Below are positions 53,597-64,000 of a stretch of DNA of 64,000 bases, piece after piece; positions within the stretch are counted from its first letter, which is position 1; every line of letters begins with the position of its first letter. The stretch covers positions 63,364,001-63,428,000 of the forward strand of contig NC_043008.1 of assembly GCF_006345805.1 (NCBI RefSeq). The letters are read 5' to 3'. Under the pieces are notes generated by a model. That model searched no databases. It was not told the origin of the DNA and worked only from the letters and a program-made list of their open reading frames with translations. Source of the DNA: Octopus sinensis. Lineage: Eukaryota. The position numbers and the translations under genes were made by a program.

Positions 53597-53788
53597 TTAA
53601 CCCTTTAGCGTTCACATTATTTTGTCAAAATCAGAACTCATTTATTCACATTATTTTGTAACTTTAAGAGTTTTATATGAGGTAACAGTTAACTTTTTAG
53701 AATGATAATGTAGGGTTGGTGTGAGAGGCCAGATCTGGCCAGTTTGAACATAAAACAAGTAGAATATTTTGGCCAGATAAAGCGTTAA
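53597..53788 (+). mobile_element. piggyBac-type MITE family A inserted in the PLE
   Basis: TTAA-CCCTTT...AAAGCG-TTAA. Confidence 0.85.
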
Positions 53789-54845
53789 TGTGCTGCTGTC
53801 ACTGCACCTCTGTTGTTGCCATTGTTGTTGCTGATGTTCTTGGATGAGCCACTGCTGTTATCACGCTGGTTGTCAGGGTTGCACACCACCACAGCCTCAT
53901 ATACAACTTCCTCAGCTTTGCACTGCCCACCCCCTACTGGGCAGTCATGTTACTCCCGGCATAAGCAACTGGTCTCTGGTCCTGTTTTATAGTTGTTTGC
54001 TAATATTCTTTTCGTGTTGGGTCCACAACTAAAGGAGACCCATAGGTTGTTCCTATTGAACAAATGTCTCTACCTGTGTGTTTGCATGAAGTGCTTGCCT
54101 ACTATCCCAAGGAATATTCTTCTCATACAAGTGTTAACATTGAGTCAGAATGGTGGAGCAATCCAAGTGATGATCTAGAAGTGCTTGCTTTTGAAGGTGC
54201 CAGGACCCAGCATATAAGAAATACAGTCCTTAAACTCACTGCATGCCAGGGCCATGTTGGGATAAGGGGCTGCAGCATCAAACATTTCTTTCTCATTCAA
54301 GGACAGGTTTGAAATCCTCTTGCTTTTGCTGACACACTTCACTAGGTCCCTGAACATGATAAGCAGATGGCAGGAGATTCTGTTGATGTAGGACAGCCTC
54401 TTGTTTGGTTTGAGGTAGAGCCTGTATGAACCAGAGCCTATGATGTTTAAGAAGTTTACTATGGTGAGGTTGGTTTCAATTGTTATTTTGAGTCCCATAA
54501 ACCCTAAGGCACTAGTCAGGTCCTTTCTAAATTTATCAAGGGTTAGACCATTGGAAACTCTAGAGATGGCCAGTGTATCATCACTGTAGAGGCCAATCAA
54601 GACTGAAGGAAACTTCTTCCCTAATATGTCCAGGATGTATAGCCCAATGAAATCACAAATGTCAATGCTGTCGTAGGCTCCCATTGCAATATTGAAAGGA
54701 ACCTCAGGGTCAGATTGTTTGACCCAGGTGGAACCTTTATTAAAAAGCACCATTTTTCTGGTGTGCATGATAACGTCTATGTTTCTGTAGCTAATGTCAG
54801 TGAAACCCCTTGCAAAGGAAAGTGCCTTGATCAGTAACCCTTTTG

Positions 54846-55225
54846 TATGACCCAAGATTTGTTGGAAGAGAATGGCATTAAAAAGCTTCCATGGCCAAGC
54901 CAGTCACCAGATATGAACCCTATTGAACATCTCTGGGCCATAATAGACAGGACACTTCATAAAAAGAACAAGAAAGCATCTTCAAAGCCAGATCTTTTGA
55001 GATTACTGCATGAAACTTGGCAAGAAATTCCACAAGAGAATATTCACCATCTGATCAGTAACATGCCTAATAGGATCCTTGCATTGAAAAATGAAAAGGC
55101 CATATGTCTTCTAAATATTAAATATTCACATTATAACAATTAATAAATAATTTAAATGTATAATTTCAGCTTTAGATAAATTTTAATGGTTATAAGTGTG
55201 TCTATTTACTTCTGTCATGTCTGTG
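54846..55225 (+). mobile_element. Tc1 transposon 3' portion (transposase C-terminus and TIR)
   Basis: WPSQSPDMNPIEHLW...WQEIP...LISNMPNRI; ends ...tgtcatgtctgtg-TA. Confidence 0.92.
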
Positions 55226-55428
55226 TATAAGAAAAATCAAGTATCATTTGAAGGCTCTCCTAATACGTTTAAGGTTTTTTTTTATCTAGTTTAGCAAATA
55301 TGTTTTGTTTTTACAATGTAAAGATTGATAGCGACTTTGAAGCTTCAGCTCAGTTACCTTCATCTAATATTCTGGAAAAGGTTACTATACTGAGGTTGTA
55401 ATGTCACACCTTACCTTTTCCTTGCAAA

Positions 55429-55465
<37 letters not shown>

Positions 55466-55830
55466 CACTTCAGTACCAAAATGTCTACGTAAGTGCTGTG
55501 AATAAGCTCGTGATGGCACTTCTATTGCATATGTGAAGTGATTAAAAAAAATATACAGGGATAGATCTTATCCCTACTTAATCATCTTTGCTGTGAAATA
55601 GCTTCAACAACAAGCATCTTTCTTTTGAAAAATGAATGGCTTTCTTTCATGATGTTAGCTGATCTTCTCAAATCCCTAAGAACTGGCCAAAATATGCAAG
55701 AAGAGAGAGAGAGAGAGAAAAAAATATAATGTAGACAAACTGCTAACATTATTTCTAAATATTCACACATCTCCAAATATATTTGAGTCAAAAGAGATGA
55801 TTGTGAAATATATTCAAATTAGAAATATTC

Positions 55831-56028
55831 TTAACCCAAATAGTCTGTGTGATTTATGTTTAAACTGGTTGGATCTGACCTCTCACACCTACCCAACATT
55901 GTTGTTCAAGAAACAAATAATCATGTCATCAAAATCTCAAAGCTATGAGATAGTGCATGGCTAATTGGAAAGACTGTAAATAAAAAAGCATTACATTTGA
56001 CAGAGCAATCTGAATGCTAAAGGGTTAA
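55831..56028 (-). mobile_element. piggyBac-type MITE family A
   Basis: TTAA-CCC...TGCTAAAGGG-TTAA. Confidence 0.8.
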
Positions 56029-56357
56029 ATCACTGTCCATGCTGGAGCACCATCTAAAAGGGAATTTACTCAAAGAGATTGATCCCAGGACTTATTCTTT
56101 GTAAGCCTAGTACCTATTCTATCAGTCTTTTTTGCTGAACCGCTAAGTTACATAGATGGGTTTCTTTCAGTTTCCATCTACCAAATCCACTCAGAAGGCT
56201 TTGGCCAGCCACATGGCTACCGTAGAAGAAACTTGTCCAAGGTGCCACACAATGGGTCTGAACCTGCAACCATGTGGTCGAGAATGAGGAAATTACATCC
56301 TCATTTTTGACAGTGTGTGTGTGTGTGTGTATTGTTTAGGACAATCAGTAAGTTGTC

Positions 56358-56422
56358 TTAATAGTGGTCAGAGTTTCAAATGCCGGAGCTAAGAGCCGTG
56401 ATGCATTCTCATCGGCTTTTAA
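56358..56422 (-). ncRNA. Decayed hammerhead-like motif with CCGAUGA core
   Basis: UUAAAAG-CCGAUGA-[GAAUGC...GCAUUU]-GAAA-CUCUGAC-CA-CUAUUAA; stem III and the cleavage site are mutated. Confidence 0.55.
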
Positions 56423-56764
56423 TGTCAATAGATGCCATGAAGAATCTGTGAATAAAAGGGAAGTCACTCTAATAGGTAGAAAACATATAAAAGATAAAAA
56501 ATACACGCAACCATATTCTCTCAATACATAGACATAAAACCTCCTGAGTTCATAATGTCTGCATACATAAACACTCACACAAACATGTATACATACATGC
56601 ACATACACACACAAACATATGTGCATGTATGTACTCATACATATATACACATCTACACACACATACACATATGTATATATATGTAGATGTGCATGCAACT
56701 TCATCCTCATATACACATAGGTTGATTGGATGAAATGGTACCCACATCCTTGTAACCAACTGAT

Positions 56765-56795
<31 letters not shown>

Positions 56796-56860
56796 AGAAT
56801 TTTTGCGTAATAAGATAAAAACCAAGGCTGTATAGATATTAGAGCATTTATAGATAGAAG

Positions 56861-56912
56861 GTCTTACAGCTGTTTCTAGGATATTGATTTAGAATATCCA
56901 TTCATCAGAGAC
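56861..56912 (-). ncRNA. Minimal type I hammerhead ribozyme with intact core
   Basis: GUCU-CUGAUGA-au[GGAUAUU cuaaauc AAUAUCC]ua-GAAA-CAGCUG-UA-AGAC; palindromic stem III and GUA cleavage triplet. Confidence 0.8.
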
Positions 56913-56998
56913 AGTGTGAGAAGAAAATTAAGCACTTATTCAGCACTACCTGACACCTTTGTGTCTCAATGGCACCATTATCTCTTATATATATATAT

Positions 56999-57332
56999 AA
57001 GCAATAATAAATCTCTGAACGAGATATAAACAGTAACTGCACGACAATGTGAGGTATACTTGCCATCTCAATATGGCTAACCGCTAAGGGTGGGTGTTAC
57101 TGTAGCTTGTAGCCCCAGGAGAACATCGTCTCCAGCTGGCTTTAGGCACACTTTCTGTGCACTTATGGTATCTGCAAAGGGAGGGGGAGGGAAGGATGAC
57201 CTCCCTTTGCAAATACCATAAGGGCACAGAAAGTGTGCCTAAAGCCAGCTGAAGACGATCTTCTCCTGGGGCTACAAGCTACAGTAACATCCATCCTTAG
57301 TGGTTAGCCATATTGAGATGGCAAGTATACCT
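56999..57332. mobile_element. Inverted-repeat element in (TA)n: 133-bp arms (57052-57184, 57200-57332), 15-nt spacer, unpaired tail
   Basis: About 7 mismatches between arms; same architecture as 52310-52568. Confidence 0.88.
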
Positions 57333-58424
57333 ATATATATATAGCCTTCTCACAATTTTCCTGTAATTAATTTACTCACAAGTCCTTAGTCAGCTCAGAG
57401 TTATAACTGAAGACTTTTCCCTAAGAAGTCATACATTAGAACTGAGCCTGAAATTTTGTGTTGCAAAGCATACTTTTAAACTGATGGGTTGAATAGCATG
57501 GAAAACAGGTTGTTGTTTCTGCTACTGTTTAGTCCCTGATCAGCTGTAGTGAAAGCATTTCAACTATGATCAACTCTTTTATTTAGCAGTTTACTATATT
57601 TTGAATAATGTCTTGTAGTGCAATATTCAGAGTTAGAATGTTTGAGTACTTTTTGAGGAAGATTTCATTGATATTTTACAAGCAGATCAAACACCTAAAA
57701 TACAGCTATATCTCCTTACTGAGTTAAGAGGGCTACTTTATATATCTGTGGAATCAAAGATGTATTTAGAATGAAATAATTACAAGAGAATCCCCAGATA
57801 AAATGTGAACAATAGCTCCATTCAATGCTATTGTCTTTTAGCTAACATCACGAGCTGCCATATCTTGATGCCTTGCTGTAAATGGAAGATCAGATCTGTT
57901 AGCTAGGTGACACAATTGTAAAGATACGATTCATATAAAATGACAATTGCTAAAGGTTTAGAGCTGTTTAAGGAATCACAGAATAAGAATTCTCAGGTGA
58001 CTTCTGTCAGAAATTTTCTGTAAATTGTGCTAACACTATTGTCAGTGTTTCAAGCTTTTCCCTAATCTCATTAACCAGATGTTGTTTAGATGATTTGACA
58101 AATAATGGGAAGATCTGATATAGACACAATGTGATAGTAACAGGGCTTAAAGACTGCTCTGTTCTCTCTTTGTAATAACAATCAAAAGTTTTATATCATA
58201 GATTGAAGAAATGAAGTGAATGTTAAACTACCAGTTGCTGTACAGCAGTGAAACTAGAAATGTAAATGTAAATATATGAAAATATTTAGCAACCAAGCAA
58301 GAACACATTCTGAATGGTCTGTTCAATGTAATGATATCATTTATAAAGTGAGGTTAGTTTGGAAGTAAGCTGAAGAGACATGGTGAGTAAAAAAAAGTTA
58401 CAGTTAATACATCTTGGAGAGATA

Positions 58425-58930
58425 GGCATAGGAATGGCTGTGTGGTAAGTAGCTTGCTTACGAACCACATGGTTCCGGGTTCAGTCCCACTGCATGGCAC
58501 CTTGGGAAACTGTTTTCTACTATAGCCTCGGGCCAACCAAAGCCTTGTGAGGGGATTTGGTAGACGGAAACTGAAAGAAGCCCATCGTATATATGTATAT
58601 ATGTTTGTTTGTATTCCACCTGCCTTCGTCTTTTGTTTATTTCCGTAAACCTGCCTTCGTCTTTTGTCTATTTTCATAAAGCTTCCCGTTATATATATAT
58701 ATATGTGTGTGTGTGTGTATGTGTTTGTGTGTCTGTGTTTGTCCCTCCAACATCACTTGACAACCAATGCTGGTGTGTTTACATCCCCGTAACTTAGTTC
58801 GGCAAAAGAGACCAATAGAATAAGTACTAGGCTTACAAAGAATAAGTCCTGGGGTCGATTTGCTCAACTAAAGGTGTTGCTCTAGCATACCCACAGTCAA
58901 ATGACTGAAACAAGTAAAAGAGTAAAAGAG
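58425..58930 (+). mobile_element. Full-length SINE family 2 (tRNA-like head, CORE-like segment, internal microsatellite, gtaaaaga tail)
   Basis: ggaatggctgtgtggtaag...ggttcagtccc...ggcaccttggg...gtaaaagagtaaaagag. Confidence 0.9.
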
Positions 58931-60140
58931 ATGTATCTATGAGGATAATCTGCTGTTTGTAATGTGACAATTTATAAAGTGAAGTTATTATAGCATGGAA
59001 CAAAGTGAAGGAACAGAAAAATTATAGTTAACATGTTAGATGATGTGCTACATGTAACATTATAATACATGAGGAAATAGGCTTGGCTGTGTGGTTTAAG
59101 AGTGTGTTTCTTAACTGCCTAGTTAAAGGATCAATCCATCTGTGTAACACCTTGGGTAAGTTGCTTCTTTCATAGCCTCAGTTTGACTAAAGCCTATGTG
59201 TCTTTGATGGCATTGGATTCTCTGCACTATCCAACCCTATCCAACCTTTACAGTTGTCACCTACTCTTCCCTCACTTCAGCCATTTGCTATCTCTCACTC
59301 AACCCACCCCCATTTCTGGCGCCTCTATCTGTCTCATTTCCATCTACTAGATTTGATGAGTGGAAACTGCAAAAAAGTCATGTAAATGTATAGATGCATG
59401 GGTGTAAGTATTCAGCTGTGTGTGTGTGTTTGTGCATGAATGTGTGTGTGTGTGTGACTGTAACTTGACCTTTAAGTGTCACCTCATTCAAGCAGTGTCC
59501 TTCGTTTTCAGTCTTCTGTGCAAACATGTCTGGCCATGGAGAAATATTTTCTAGCATGGAAGCAAGTGAGGGCTTATGACTGGAAACAAAATCTACCTCA
59601 ATAAACTCTATCTGACCCACGTAGGCATGTCAGCCCTGATGTAACATGATATTGTTGATGATGATGATGATGATGATGAGTATAAATGGTATGCTACAAG
59701 GTGAGTTTAGAGTGGAATGTTCAATAGATATACCTATGATGACATGAGCTACTCCACTCTCTCAGTCATCTCCTACTCTCCCTATCTTCTCTAACCTCCA
59801 TATCGTTAGTCATCCACCATTCACTGCATCCACTCTTCAACCAACCCTAAACAACCTTTACAGTTGTCACCTACTCTTCCCTCACCTCAGCCATTTCCTA
59901 TCTCTCACTCAACACATACTCATGCAACCTCCACGCATATTACTGCTCCCTCAGCTCCACTCATTTCAACCTACTTTGACCTTGAATGGTCCACTCTGAC
60001 TTCTCATCATGGTTGTGTTTACCGCTTTCCAGCTCCACCTGATTATTCCAACAGTCACTTTAAAAACAGGACTAAATCCTTTAGCCCCTCTACAGCCAGT
60101 TAGACTTTCCTGCTTTGGCGCCTTCTCTCATACTTTCACT

Positions 60141-60556
60141 CTTTACTCTTTTACTCTTTTACTTGTTTCAGTCAGTTGACTGTGGCCATGCTGGAGCACC
60201 GCCTTTAGTCGAGCAACACGACCCCGGGACTTATTCTTTGTAAGCCCAGTACTTATACTATAGGTCACTTTTGCCGAACTGCTAAGTGATGGGGACGTAA
60301 ACACACCAGCAACAGTTGTCAAGCAATGCTCGGGGGACAAACACAGACACACAAATATACACGCACACGTATGTACATATATACGTATATACATATATAC
60401 GACGGGCTTTTTCAGTTTCCGTCAACCAAATCCACTTACAAGGCTTTGGTTAGCCTGAGACTATAGTAAAAGACACTTACCCAAGGTGCCACGCAGTGGG
60501 ACTGAACCCGGAACCATGTGGTTGGTAAGCAAGCTACTTACCACACAGCATCTCCT
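60141..60556 (-). mobile_element. Full-length SINE family 2
   Basis: Reverse complement of 58425-58930. Confidence 0.9.
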
Positions 60557-61299
60557 AGAATAAAGTTGCCAGCCTCAGGGTTCATATTTTTGTGAGATGC
60601 ACCATGACCTCATTTGCTTTGGTGGCACAAAAGAAGCACAAAAGAAGCAACCAGTACATGCTGTATAATGGTTAGTGTTAAGAAGGCTGTCTAGCTGCAG
60701 AAACCATGCCAAAGCACACACTTGTGTATGATGCAGCTTTCTGACCCATCACATTCTGTCAAACCATTTAGCACTGAACACGGACATCAAAAATGGACAT
60801 TAAAAGATAATAATATCCGATAGGGGCAGAAATACAACAATGTCACAATGGAGACCCTCCCTATGACAATAACCAATCAAGCATTTGAAAAGAAGTAATT
60901 AAATTAGATCTGTATTTATTGGTCATTACAAATGAAACGAGACAGGTTTCAAACCCCTTCAATCTAATTTCTGTAAGGTTAATCAGATATTAAAATGACA
61001 CAGTGTAGAAGGATGGATCTTATCAACAGAGTTTTGTGTTATTTTATTATCTTAATTTGTTGAAGTTTTTTAGGTTTTACTACATTTGATTTTATTCCAG
61101 AAATCAATCAGATACCCTCTCTCACCTCACACCATACCTACATTTTCCCCTTCTATAACCAAGTACAATAGTTGGACAACATTCTCCAATACATCCATTC
61201 ATCATGATTTCTTTGAACTCGTCTTTCAAACAAATTGCTGCTTCATACTAAATAGTCAATCACTTCGCAAATCATTTCTATTTCATATTGCATTTACAA

Positions 61300-62290
<991 letters not shown>

Positions 62291-62534
62291 CAAAGAACTT
62301 CCAACTCTGTCTGTTTTTTATGTTTTAGTTATATTCTTTATAATATTAATGTGGAATATAGAATATATAGTATAAATAATATATATATAGTAAAATGAAA
62401 TGAAGTATTGATTGTCTTATTGAATAGATGAAATATTGAACATCAAATATTAAGGGACTAGTTTACTTTCTTGCATTTTAGCAGTCTTCAAGATCCCAGG
62501 TTGTGACAGGAATGTTTTAACTGTAGCCTTGCAG

Positions 62535-62580
<46 letters not shown>

Positions 62581-62882
62581 CGTGATCACCGTGACCGACC
62601 AGGCTATCAGATGTTGTTACACATCGCTGGTCACAATGCGCTTCACATTGTTTTTTTAGCCTTCAAATGACGCCACACTGCTGGCTAAGCGAGCAGGCCA
62701 ACAGTAGAAAGAGTGAGAGAAAGTTGTGGCGAAAGAGTACAGCAGCAATCACCCCACCCCCCTGCCAGAACCTCGTGGAGCTGTAGGTGTTTTCGCTCAA
62801 TAAACACTCACAACGCCCGGTCTGGGAATCGAAACCGCGATCCTACGACTGCGAGTCCGCTGCCCTAACCACTGGGCCATTG

Positions 62883-62960
<78 letters not shown>

Positions 62961-62994
62961 CACATATGACAGTTTGTGTGTGTATACATGTGTA

Positions 62995-63620
62995 GGTGAA
63001 TTCATTACTAACATTCATCAAGCTGACATTTCTACACACGGCTTGCAGATCTCTCACAAAAATTCATCTGCATTTCATTTTCTTTGCAGCTACCAGATTA
63101 AGAAGAGTATCTCAGAACATAACTCCTTGTCAAACAGTTTCTTCATATCAGTGGATGCTTGATTTGTTCTTAGTGAAATATTTTGTATAGATGCCTCATA
63201 ATGAAGATGACTTCAGTTGTACTTCATCCTGGAACAAAGCCAAATTGCTTCTCATCTCAGCTAAATGGCTTCATAATCATTCATGCTAAATCTCTCTCTA
63301 TTACATTCTTATCCTGATCTGTCAGTTTGATGGTTCAGCTGTTGATTCATTGAAGAATAGTTTTGATTTAGTTGCAGATGATTAGAATGCTGCAGCATCA
63401 GTAATTTGACAAGGCATTGCCCCTTATTACCTTATTGACTATGTGAAGGATGAGCATATGTCTGCCTTCACCAGATAATTTTTAGCCTCCCAACAACTCT
63501 GCCTGAAGGTTCTGCTGCATTCTCTTTCTCTACATCTCTAATCGCCCCCTTCACTCAAACTGCTGTCAGCTTCATCAGTTGGGTTCCTTTAATGCAAACA
63601 TTTGGTGCAGACCCCTTTCT
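62995..63620 (-). mobile_element. Very decayed RTE-type LINE RT fragment
   Basis: Minus strand QFGFVPG*STTEVIFIMRHL resembles RTE QFGFxPGRSTTDAIF. Confidence 0.65.
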
Positions 63621-64000
63621 CTCTCTCCTGTGCATTTTTCATATTCAGCAACCTTCTTTATTTTTTAGGATCAATGATGGCATGTACACTGCTTATTGTT
63701 CCTTACACATATATATACTCAATGGCAACTATATTCACACTGATAAACTATCTCTCGTCTATCACCTTCTCTTGTTAAAGACCCCCTTCTGTCATGAATG
63801 ACCATGGGATTGCACCTAGAAAGTTATCCTCTCAGGCACAAGTCCTGGCAAATTTGTTTATAGAAGGCCAGTGGTTGCCCATGCATACCAGCCTCCCCTC
63901 TCCACACCACTGATGTCATCCAAGGGAAAGGCAAAGGCTGATACAGCTTGGCACCAGTGACATTGCAACACATTTCTACAGCTGAGTGAACTGGAGCAAC

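Larger units (their letters stand above)
52641..54845 (-). mobile_element. Decayed Penelope-like retroelement, Naiad-like (RT, thumb, Cys knuckle, GIY-YIG, 3' end)
   Basis: FNIAMGAYDSIDICDFIGLYIL, GLYSDDTL, IITWIAPPF, LFNRNNLWVSFSCGPN, CLCRE*HDCPVGGGQC..VVYEAVV, YIELT..FK...NHRSSF, CKLC and LLNSRHKIFSPC. Clade name is from recalled motifs. Confidence 0.88.

Noticed and set aside
52934-54175. In-frame TGA codons in the Naiad-like ORF as selenocysteine
   Set aside because: The TGAs are not at Cys positions (these are TGC/TGT), and TAG, TAA and frameshifts also occur, indicating ordinary decay.
63075-63190. Strong-looking plus-strand acceptor at 63089
   Set aside because: It lies in the antisense strand of an RTE RT remnant and I found no matching donor.

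Overview
AT-rich, microsatellite-dense animal genomic DNA with no prokaryotic genes, operons or CRISPR arrays. The SINE families and repeat make-up resemble an octopus (coleoid cephalopod) genome; this is an inference from recall, not a database match. I could not recognise any intact host protein-coding gene, and almost all ORFs in the track are microsatellite or SINE artefacts. The window is a stack of mobile-element remnants: several tRNA-derived SINE families, R4/Dong-type, CR1 and RTE LINE fragments, Penelope-like elements (PLEs), mariner and Tc1 fragments, TTAA-flanked piggyBac-type MITEs, two non-autonomous Helitrons and a solo LTR. Main observations: (1) six hammerhead-ribozyme-like motifs between 49.6 and 56.9 kb, including a near-perfect 190-bp palindrome carrying a variant-core motif on each strand; (2) a decayed Naiad-like PLE whose GIY-YIG nuclease has a ~150-codon low-complexity insert; (3) five R4/Dong 3' ends packed into a (TAA)n-rich stretch; (4) a 274-bp, ~97% identical inverted duplication 5.1 kb apart that brackets candidate exons and covers a consensus branch point; (5) a minisatellite that appears to have arisen at a SINE/LTR junction. 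All coordinates, alignments and mismatch counts were read by eye.
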